Assembly: GCA_963745765.1 (NCBI GenBank)
Contig: CAVUYQ010000034.1
Location: forward strand, 5,326 to 69,325
From: an uncultured delta proteobacterium
GTDB taxonomy: Bacteria; Desulfobacterota; Desulfobulbia; Desulfobulbales; Desulfocapsaceae
Length of the DNA: 64,000 nucleotides
Reading direction: 5' to 3'
In this document: in pieces, positions 10,901-19,975 of the stretch
Numbering within the stretch: the first letter of the stretch is position 1
Layout of the letters: the number at the start of each line of letters is the position of its first letter
Made by a program: the position numbers and the translations under genes
The notes under the pieces: model-generated
Database searches by the model: none
What the model saw: only the letters and a program-made list of their open reading frames with translations
Told to the model about the DNA's origin: nothing

Positions 10901-13762
10901 CGCTACGCGAACTGGAGATAACCGAGGCAGCCGATCCGGCAGAAACACGACCAAGAATGCCGGACAAGATCGCCGTCAGATTGTCCTCAAGCTTGGCCGG
11001 ATCCTCACCAGTGAGCAGGGTAGTGCCGCCATTGTCGGCAGCGTTTTCCATGAGGGTAGCCGCATTACATTCGTTATCGGTATTATTATCGGCAGGAATA
11101 CCGGTGGTAACGATATACGTGGTTACATTCTGTTTATCATGCCAAACGCCGTCTATTGTAAAGCCAGGTATCGTAAAAAGATCTTCTACATCAGCATGCT
11201 GGCCGAAATAAGTTAGATCATCAAGATACGTTGAGCCGTAGAGGTCACTGCATTTATTATTCTCGTTAGCAGTGAGCACCGTAGGGTCACTGTATCCCAT
11301 AGTGTTGACAAACGTTATAATATCTGGATTGATATCTGCTGTCGAAGCACCTTCGGTGATAAGCAGCACAAAATTTTCCTGACACCAGAACTCTACCGGG
11401 TCCGGGGTAAGGGGGAAATCATCGCTATTCAAGCGCCGTGTCCCATCCTGGCCATAATAACCCAAAGCATTGTAAAGTGCCTCAGCCAGCGGGGTCCAGG
11501 CTGTGGCACGGATTTTATTAATGGCTACTGTCAGATCGTCAATATGCATTTTAGGTGCAGCCGTTGTACCGGTCTGGTCATTTCCGTTTTTGATGGGGAC
11601 AATCAGGCGGGCACCATCTTGGTTGGCATCCGGGCAATACTGTACAATGGTCTCATTGACGTTTTGTGCTGAACATTCCGTGGCTGCCCCGTTGTCATTA
11701 AAGGCCATGGCCCCAATGCGCAGATCAGGAGCCACTTCATGTAAAATTCCTTTTGGTTGGGTGTTCTTTTTTATGTATCCTTTCATGATGATAAGGGCAT
11801 GATCTGAACCGAACATTGACACGGTTCCGCTGTCAATCAGGGCCCCGACCATTCCCCAGGTGGTTTCAGTGGTCATAACATCGTCGGAAGGATCAATAAC
11901 CTCGGGAATGGTGAGGCCCTGGCAATAATCCCACACGGCCGACTGGATGCATTCTTGCACAGCAGCAGCAGCAACTTTAGCGTCCACGTTATCCAAATTT
12001 CCACTCCAGTCGCCATTACCCACAGCTCCGCTCGTGTCGCAGAGTTCCCAACCATGTTCCCAATCTTCTTTTAATGAAAGAAGTTGCCAGTTGGTGCCAT
12101 TTTTACACTTCTTTTGTCCTGTGTTATAGTTATCACAAGTGTAGTAAAGTCCATCGGCAAGGCATCTGACATACAAACCATTCCATGGAAAATCGCTTCC
12201 ACCAGGGGAACAACTTATGGAAAAACAATGTTCCTCCAGGGGGGGCGATTCCCAGCAGCTGCCGATATATTCCGACGAGCAGATATAACCGCTGTCCTCG
12301 GAAGTTATCGCCGCGGGGGGCACGTTGTGAGCATATATATTCTCACAAGAATTCTCAAACTCTACTACAAGTCCAAAATCTGAAGGTGTATCGTATTCTT
12401 TCGTCGTCTTCTCCCAGCAGGCATGAACCGAGTGGTTATAGGAGGAATTGGATTCCGCCAGGATATTGTTTTGGCCATCATAAGAGAGACAGGTTTCGAT
12501 GGCTGTTTTGGTAGTGCCTTGATTACAATTGTGAAGTAGATCTGTTGCTGTATAGTTGCTGGCAATGCAATCAACGGCAAACTGACATTCTTGGTACCGA
12601 GTACTCCCTAAAAACCCATCCCCAATACCCAAAATGGCAATGCGCAGTGTATCGTCCGTGGTGTCTATCCAGTTGTCAGTGGTTGTCCCTCTGATGGAAA
12701 AGGTAATAACATTGCCGTTGTTCAGGGGAAGCTCCTTTACAAAGCCCTTGCCGGAGCATCCACGATGTTGACTGATCAGGCGATCAGCATCAGGGTTGTA
12801 TTTACCGCCAGTAAGGACCTTTTTCTGAATATCAAATTTTGAGGCCGAGGCCCAGTTCAACATCTTCCCCGAGGCCGCAAAGGCAGAGACCCGTGACTGG
12901 GTATTGATACCATTCACATTCACACTGACAATGCGAATATACAGATTGTCCTGTTCATAGAGTGTTCCTTCGGTGTCTAAACCTGTTACCGCTTCCACCT
13001 TAGTAGCGCCGGCTTCTTCAAAATATCCCTCATCAAGCCGCTCCCAGCTTGCGGTATTCCAAACACTGGTGCCCGCTGACACCGCACTCTTGGCCTTAAA
13101 CAACATTCCCTCATAACTAACGATAGCACCAGTTGCGTAAGCTGTGTCCGCCATCCAGGGATGATCTACGGGTACCCAGGTCACCCCAGTATCACCGTCG
13201 ATGCTCACGCCGTCGGTCAGGATCGCATCATTGGCCTTTCCACCAGCCACGGTATAATAGAGTTGATTGTCAAATTGCACAAAACTCTTTGCCTCGTAAG
13301 TTGTCCCTTGAGCCCAGAGCGGGATCTGGTACAAAATTGCCCAATCGACAGAATAGTCATCTGCGATTTGAAAGCCGACCGAAGCACCAGTTACCCTTAC
13401 GGCTTTATAAAATATACCTTCTGAATAAACGATAGCACCAACGGTATATGGCGTGCCACTTTTCCACTGCTGCCATCCCTCTGTCCACTTGTACCACTTA
13501 TCAGGATCAAACAGCCCTGTGTAGTCTTTAGCGGCATCGAAAGAATTATCGGTACATGTATCAGATTCTTCAATATAGGCCATGTCCAGCATGGAGCCGG
13601 AATTGTCCAGCATCAGCAGGAGGTTGGGGGCGGCGCCGGAGCCGAGAAAAGGTGGCAGACCAGTGCCCTTTGAGCAGACATTCCGCCTGACGCCGGCAGC
13701 AGGTAGAAAAACGCTCCAATCAAGAACGCAGAAGCCAGAAGACCTTTTTTTATCGAAAACAT
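7905..13762 (-). CDS. pilY1: PilY1-family type IV pilus tip adhesin, ~1950 aa, with an N-terminal vWA domain; one frame disruption near the 5' end
   Basis: Intact 1902-aa ORF 7905..13613. It starts inside a MIDAS motif (LLLMLDNSGSM). PilY1/PilC signature YFGANDGLMHAVNGGFY...EMWAYVPYNL. An SD-preceded ATG at 13762 encodes the signal peptide MFSIKKGLLASAFLIGAFFYLLPASGG in a different frame. Confidence 0.85.
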
Positions 13763-13789
13763 GATTTTCCTCCCTGTATTAGAACAGGA

Positions 13790-14404
13790 TCAATAGACGC
13801 AATCACCGGCAGGGTTGTTGGCAAACTGATTTTCTACCCGGTACTTGATGCAGATAGCGGTCCTGCTGTTGCGCTCGCCTAGTCGCTCAATCTTGAAATC
13901 AAATTCGAGAAACGCACCGTCGGCGCCTATGCCCTTTCCTTTCCCTTCATAACCGGCAAGCTGCTGCAGGCTTGCACCGGCCTGCATCTTGACGGTACCA
14001 TTAATACGGCCATTGGTGTGGGGTGCCCGGGGGGCATAGCCGCAGGGATAATAAAAATCACGGTCCATGTCAGTGGCCATGGGAATTTCGGTGGTTAGAT
14101 TGTTGGTGACCCAGAAATTTGATACTGATTACGGATAGTCGTTATCTAAAACAATACCGCCATCTAAACTCTTGGTAAAACCAGTGATACAAGTAATATT
14201 ATCTTTCAGCAGGCCAATGCCGTTTTCCGTGCCGCCGTCAGCCTGATAAAAAGTCTGTTTGTGCAGGGCCTCGTTGGCGGCCATTTTCGTTTCGAAGATC
14301 GAAGTAGAGATCCCGGCGGTCCCCAGCAGCGACACAACCACCAGTAGCAGGAGCGCCCAGACCAGGATAAACCCCTCCTCATCAGCAATAATTCGTCGCT
14401 TCAT
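13790..14404 (-). CDS. pilX: PilX-like minor pilin, interrupted by an in-frame TAA
   Basis: MKRRIIADEEGFILVWALLLLVVVSLLGTAGISTSIFETKMAANE is a PilX_N-type N-terminus. ORFs 14129..14404 and 13790..14125 are in the same frame, separated only by TAA at 14126..14128. Confidence 0.7.
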
Positions 14405-14411
14405 GGTTTCC

Positions 14412-14925
14412 TTAGAATTCTTTGGTTTTAAAATAATCATGACTGTACAGCTCACCCGAGCCAACACCTCCTTTTTTGACAACAAGAACCCGCACCTTTT
14501 TTACGCCTCGAAATACTGCATCTTCAGCCGCTTTTCCTTCGGCCACATTCCAGGAAACGGAGTAGAGGTCTGTTGCAGGAGGCAAGCAGCAGTTGTATTC
14601 GATCCATCAGGCCTGAATATATCGCCCCATCGGCATTGGCCTCAAGATCATCCAGACCTGCCGCTCCAGCCGCACCGGCGCCATCATCATCAAAATCGGC
14701 ATCATCGTAGTCTTTGCCAAGAAGCTCCTCAATTTGGTAAACAGCCCAATTCGTCGCGGTAGAGACTCGTTCAGCTATGGCGTTGGAATGGGTTGATCGC
14801 AGTTGCATCTTGTAGCAGCCGAAAACACCAATGATAAAGATAGCTATGGCCACCATTGCTTCAACCAGGCTGAATCCGGCCTGTCGCGCCCTTTTATGTC
14901 GGATATGCTGTAAACGTATCGGCAT
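14412..14925 (-). CDS. pilV: PilV-like minor pilin, one frame disruption
   Basis: RQAGFSLVEAMVAIAIFIIGVFG prepilin N-terminus. After about 14610 the sensible continuation (IEYNCCLPPATDLYSVSWNVAEGKAAEDAVFRGVKKVRVLVVKK...TKEF) is in another frame and ends at 14412. Confidence 0.75.
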
Positions 14926-14929
14926 AAGA

Positions 14930-15696
14930 TTATCCTTTATTGTTTCGACACTGAACCACCACCGAAATCATCCGCTTATAGCCGGTACCTGCGGCCGGTG
15001 TCCAGGTGATTGCCGCACTTCCTTCCAGCGGTGGTTTATAGACTGCGGTATCGGTAACGGAAAAGGCGGACGACCTGGAACTGCCGAGGATGATGATCTT
15101 GACGCCCTGAATCTGTTCCAGCGCTTTAGCAGCTGTAATACCTAGGGCAGTTTCTATCGCTGCACCATCGCTGGCCCAGACCCAGGCTTTGGAGTTGTAA
15201 TTCCAGTAAGGTATTCAAAGCGCAATTGATCTATGTTTTCGGCAAGAGGTCGCTTAGCTGTAGCTGTGTCTCCAACCAGCCTTCCTATATTAAAGACACC
15301 GCTACCAGCATCATAGCGGTCATAGGTAAGTGTTTTAATCGTTTCATCGTTATATGATCCGTCTCCATCCGTATCCTCCCAATAGTCGAAGGAGAGGCCG
15401 CTTTGAGTCGCGGAAGTAAATCCTGCACCACCCTTTTGGGCCGGATCATATCCGACTATACGAATCTCAGAAGCCATCATTGTCAGAGCAGCCCTGACAT
15501 TCTGCTGGACCTCAGCTATGATATCCTGACGGTTGTAGGCTTTATTCTGCCCCATAAAGACCATGACCGCAGCACCCAGAAGCATACCGGCCATGACCAT
15601 AGCGACTATAAGTTCAAGGAGGGTCACACCTGCTTCATTGTTGAAAGGATACCCGGCTTTTTTATTTCTGCCTTTCAGTGTATTCCACATGAGCAC
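14930..15696 (-). CDS. pilW: PilW-like minor pilin, one frame disruption
   Basis: GVTLLELIVAMVMAGMLLGAAV...QQNVRAALTMMASEIRIVGYDP. After about 15190 the C-terminus (WVWASDGAAIETALGITAAKALEQIQGVKIIILG...VVVQCRNNKG) continues in another frame to the stop at 14930. Confidence 0.75.
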
Positions 15697-15716
15697 TTCC
15701 TCTGTTCGTTATCCAA

Positions 15717-16265
15717 TCAAAGAACTTTTGATTTTATAAAGCCTGCATTACTGAGACTCAGCTTCATTTTTAAAGCGGATGAGTGAATCTCGACACTGCC
15801 TTGTGCTGTCAAAGGGAGGCCGCGAGCATTAAAGCCTGGATTTCCTGCGAAGGTAATTCCCGAAAAAGAACTGCCAGGCCGCAATTTATTGACCGAGAGA
15901 GTTATCTCCGTACCGTCCTGTACAGCATTACTTGCCACACCCCCACCAGCACCGTTATCAAGAAAAACCGTATAGGCTCCATTTGCCGGGGTATTAAAAC
16001 GAATGCAGACACTCTCGCTGCGCTTGACTGCCTCGGACTGGACATGTTTGAAGGTGGAATAAATATCCCGGGCATCTGCTCGGACACTGGACTTGGCCTT
16101 CATGGAAAGCAGTCCCGGCGTGCCGAAGCCGGCAATAATGGCGAGAATAGCTAACACCACCATGAGTTCTACTAGACTGAATCCGTCCCGATTTTGATGC
16201 AACGATGAAACGCTTCGCAAAATCCCTTCTCCCCTGTGTACCTTTGTATCTTGACACATAACCAT
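15717..16265 (-). CDS. fimT: FimT/GspH-family minor pilin
   Basis: DGFSLVELMVVLAILAIIAGFGTPG plus a GspH-like region SSVRADARDIYSTFKHVQSEAVKRSESVCIRF. Intact, but the true start is uncertain (long leader if it is 16265). Confidence 0.8.
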   Translation of the reverse strand: MVMCQDTKVHRGEGILRSVSSLHQNRDGFSLVELMVVLAILAIIAGFGTPGLLSMKAKSSVRADARDIYSTFKHVQSEAVKRSESVCIRFNTPANGAYTVFLDNGAGGGVASNAVQDGTEITLSVNKLRPGSSFSGITFAGNPGFNARGLPLTAQGSVEIHSSALKMKLSLSNAGFIKSKVL

Positions 16266-16304
16266 AAAAACTTAAAAAGTTCCTTCACGTTTCCCTCTAC
16301 AGTA

Positions 16305-16320
16305 TGCAAAAAAAGTACCA
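16305..16320 (-). promoter_or_regulatory. candidate sigma54 promoter of the fimT-pilWVX-pilY1 operon
   Basis: The minus strand reads TGGTACTTTTTTTGCA. GG and GC elements are at the correct -24/-12 spacing, about 40 nt upstream of the 16265 start. Confidence 0.45.
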
Positions 16321-16491
16321 CTATCTCATACAAAACTATAAATACAAAATTGTAAGTATGTTACGCAATAATATCTCAATGCTATTCCGCAGAACGGTTA
16401 CTCCATTAATACCTTAACTATAAAATATTTTTACAATCGCTTCTTCAAATTAGCAAATTATTTTTTAAAAAAACAGAAATAAGAAGGGAGG

Positions 16492-16772
16492 GTGCAGCAA
16501 GGGGGCACAGAGGAGCAGAATGAATTTATCTTAACTGGTATTCTTACTGCCGGCGGCGTGAATATCGCCGACCAGAAGAAGGCGGAGGCGGCGCAAAGGG
16601 AGTTTCCGTCTCAGGACTCTACGTGCAGGGCATGGTTTACTCGCCATCCTCTATTTCCATCGGGTCGACCGGTACGTCGGTTGATGTCATCCCCGTGTCG
16701 GATGCTTCGTTGAAAAAAACGATCACCAAGGATGAAAAGCGCGGCATTGTAAACTGGAATGAAATCGAATAG
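16492..16772 (+). pseudogene. hypothetical protein, apparently frame-disrupted
   Basis: SD AAGGGAGGG lies upstream. Frame 1 gives ...EFILTGILTAGGVNIADQKKAEAAQR. A second frame continues GVSVSGLYVQGMVYSPSSISIGSTGTSVDVIPVSDASLKKTITKDEKRGIVNWNEIE to TAG at 16770..16772. I recognise no family. Confidence 0.3.
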
Positions 16773-16996
16773 CCGCGTCGAGAGAGATGTTATGGCTATG
16801 AAAAATTACGGAAAAAACACCTTACGCTATCAACGGCTGGAAGGTCTTTGGTGGAGGAGCTATGAAACAGGTGAACATCGGCATGATTAAAGTAATTACG
16901 TTATTCTTTCTATTAACCCAGGTAGCGATATCACTAGCTCGTTCGCCTATCAAGGATCTGACCGAAGCCGTTTTGATACGGCAGGCGGTTATTTGC

Positions 16997-17194
16997 TTAT
17001 GACGGCAGTGCTTCGAAACCAATGGCGCTGATGGCCTTTTCGACCGTCTCAAAGGGGACGGAACCCTCGTAACGGGCCTCTCCCTTTTCGAGATCGACGC
17101 TAACATCTGAAATTCCCGCTACCCCCTCCAATGCTTTTTTCGTTGATGCCACGCAGTGCTGGCAGCTCATGCCTTTAATCCTGATGCTTGTCAT
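16997..17194 (-). CDS. copZ: CopZ-like heavy-metal-associated (HMA) copper chaperone
   Basis: 65 aa. MTSIRIKGMSCQHCV has the GMxCxxC motif, and the length fits a ferredoxin-like fold. Confidence 0.88.
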   Translation of the reverse strand: MTSIRIKGMSCQHCVASTKKALEGVAGISDVSVDLEKGEARYEGSVPFETVEKAISAIGFEALPS

Positions 17195-17311
17195 TGTCTT
17201 TTTCCTCTTTTTTCTTACTGTATAGGTTCATGGCAGGGAAATTACCACATCGTATGAGCAAATGGTAATGTCCAGGCATGCTATGGTCAAGAGAACTCAA
17301 CAGGAATGTCT

Positions 17312-19794
17312 ATGAATATCACAGAAACAACAGGTAGCTGTCAGCGGCATGCATTGTGCTGCCTGTTCGAGCAGGATAGAGCGGGTTGTTTCGATGCTTG
17401 AAGGCGTTGAAAGTGTCGCGGTCAACCTGGCTACGGAAAAAATGAAATGTGTCTATGATACAGAGCGAATTGGTATCGAGACAATAAAGGACGAGGTGGA
17501 AAAACTTGGTTTCTCGTTCCTTGGAAGAAAGAGGTTCAAGCAATGAAGTGAAATTGGATATTGCAGGTATGCATTGCGCCTCCTGCTCGACAAGGATTGA
17601 AAAGGTATTGCGCAAACAGGACGGTATCTTGCGCGCTGATGTAAACCTGGCGACGGAGACGGCTGCTATTCAATTTGACGGCGACAGCCGTCTCCATCGG
17701 CAGATACGCGGTCTTATTGAAAATCTCGGTTTCACGGCCAAACGGGCTGGCGAGGGTGCCAGCGAATTCATCAAAAACGGCAGGAGACCACCGAACTTCT
17801 TGCCGGGATGAAAAAGAGGCTGTTCATCTCGCTCGGTCCTGGCAGCCCTGCTTTTCTCTGTCTCCATGGGGGAGATGCTTGGCCTGCCGCTGCCGACTGT
17901 TTCTTGATCCGCAGACCCGGCCCGTTTACCTATGCCTTCGTGCAGTTCTGTCTGGTGCTGCCGATCATGTTTATAGGCCGGAATTTCTATCTGCTCGGTC
18001 TGCCTGCGCTCTTCAGAAAAGCGCCGAACATGGATTCTCTTATCGCCGTCGGAACCGGGGCCGCCTTTATCTATTCCACCTGGGGCCTGGTCGAGATCGG
18101 GCTTGGCATCGACGTTTCTGCCAGGGTCAGCGATCTCTACTTCGAATCGGCAGGAGTACTGATTGCCCTTGTCTCTCTTGGCAAGTTTCTTGAGGCCCGC
18201 TCGAAGTTTCACACCTCGGATGCGATCTCGCAACTGATGCAGCTGGCACCCGACAGCGCCACACTGATTGAAAACGGCAGACAGAGGATTATTTCAAGCG
18301 ATGAGATTGAAAAAGATGATATTCTGCTGGCAAAACCGGGTGAGCGGATCGTCGTGGATGGTATTGTCATCAAGGGTGCCAGCAGTATTGATGAATCGAT
18401 GCTGACCGGCGAGAGTCTTCCCGTTGATAAAAAAGAGGGTGAGAATGTCTTCGGGGGTACCTTGAACCAGTCCGGCGTACTGCAGATCAGGGCGACCCAG
18501 ACGGGCGAGAACACGGTTCTGGCACGGATCATACGGATGGTGCAGGAGGCCCAGGGCGGAAAGGCCCCGATCGCGGCACTGGCTGACAGGATCAGTCTCT
18601 ATTTTGTCCCTGTCGTGATGCTCATTGCCGTGCTGACCGGGCTGGGCTGGTATCTTATCGGCGGCGTCGATTTTGCCCTCGCCCTGCGCTTTTTTATCGC
18701 TGTTCTTGTTATTGCCTGCCCTTGTGCCATGGGGCTGGCGACACCGACCGCGATTATGGTTGGTACCGGGCGAGGCGCACAACTTGGCGTTTTGATCAAG
18801 AGTCCCGAGGCTTTGCAGGCGGCGGAAAGCATCAGGACGATCGTCTTCGATAAAACCGGCACGCTGACCCACGGGAAACCGGTCGTTACCGATTTCATCT
18901 CCTTTGGCGACCGGGAGTGAAGGTGAAATCCTGCGCCTGGCCGGCTCACTTGAGCAGGTCTCGCAGCATCCTCTTGGCGATGCCATTGTCCGGTATGCCG
19001 AGAGCAGGGGAGGGGCACTTGAACAGCCTGACACTTTCAGCCTTTTTCCCGGTGGCGGCATCAGTGGTGAAATGAGTAACCTGACCATGTCCTGATCGGT
19101 AATTCACATCTGTTTGAGGAACAGGGGATCGTTGTTCCCGATGAAGAAAAACCCGTCACTGATGAGCTTCGCAAGGGCTGGAAAAAGCGTTCTTTTTCTT
19201 GCTGTTGACGGGCGATTATCTGCCATTATTGCTATTGCCGATCAACTGAAACCGGAGGTTCCCGAAACCGTTTCCGCGCTTGAGCGGATGGGGTTGAAAG
19301 TCGTCATGCTGACGGGAGATCACCCGGCGACCGCCCAGGCGATAGCTGACAAGGCCGGGATTAAGCATGTTATAGCCAGGGTGCTGCCTGACGAAAAACG
19401 CAGCAGGATTGCAGAACTCCAGGCAACAGGTTCTCTTGTCGCCATGGTCGGTGACGGCATCAACGATGCGCCGGCTCTTGCCCAGGCCGATGTCGGTATC
19501 GCCATGGGGACGGGGACTGATATTGCCATTGAATCCGGGGATGTCGTGATCATGCGAAGCAACCTCGACGGGGTTCTCACGGCGTTGTCACTTTCCCGGG
19601 CGGTGATGAAAAATATCAGGCAGAATCTGTTCTGGGCCTTTGGCTATAATATCGTCGGCATTCCGGTGGCGGCCGGCCTGCTCGTTATTTTCGGGGGACC
19701 CGGACTGAGCCCGATGCTCGCCGGCGCGGCCATGGCGCTGAGTTCTGTCTCCGTCGTGAGTAATTCACTGCGTCTCCGTCTCTTTCGGGCTTGA
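17312..19794 (+). pseudogene. copA: Cu(I)-translocating P1B-type ATPase CopA, at least 9 frame disruptions
   Basis: Two HMA domains (GMHCAACSSRIE, GMHCASCSTRIE). CPC motif VIACPCAMGLATP. DKTGTLT, MLTGD, GDGINDAP. Pieces are in ORFs 17349.., 17506.., 17808.., 18904.., 19114.. plus short stretches in other frames (VLAALLFSVSMGEMLGLPLP, FLDPQT, VLIGNSHLFEEQGIVVPDEEKPVTDELRKG). Confidence 0.88.
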
Positions 19795-19821
19795 AAGGAC
19801 TTCTGCAGCACTTCTTTTGAC

Positions 19822-19849
19822 TTGACTTTTTATTCTGCTCCTTTATATA
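19822..19849 (+). promoter_or_regulatory. candidate sigma70 promoter of sat
   Basis: TTGACT-N16-TATATA, about 125 nt upstream of the sat ATG. Confidence 0.3.
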
Positions 19850-19975
19850 TAAGCCTTCATAAATGAATAGTGGTTCAGTTTAACCAACTGCTTACAATGG
19901 AATGTTTTTACGAACGTTGCCGTTTGTTTTTCTGGAACGGCGTCTTTTATTCTCATATATAAAAAGAGGAAGATT

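Noticed and set aside
1458-14128. Stop-codon reassignment or read-through, suggested by in-frame TAA at 1458..1460 and 14126..14128 and in-frame TGA at 7593..7595.
   Set aside because: TAA, TGA and TAG all terminate full-length conserved genes at the expected positions in this window (for example, sat ends in TAA and ileS in TGA). The in-frame stops also co-occur with indel lesions in the same locus.
14640-14700. A DADFDDDGAGAAGAAGLDDLEA low-complexity tract in PilV as a possible tandem repeat or contingency locus.
   Set aside because: It occurs once only, has no perfect nucleotide repeat unit, and the pilV frame break lies downstream of it (about 14610).
17484-17560. Programmed ribosomal frameshift in copA producing a CopA(Z)-like chaperone. 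The frame breaks right after the first HMA domain, as in E. coli copA.
   Set aside because: The break here would need a +1 shift, and I see no slippery heptamer of the CCCAAAG type. The same gene has at least 8 further frame breaks, so decay or sequencing error is the simpler explanation.
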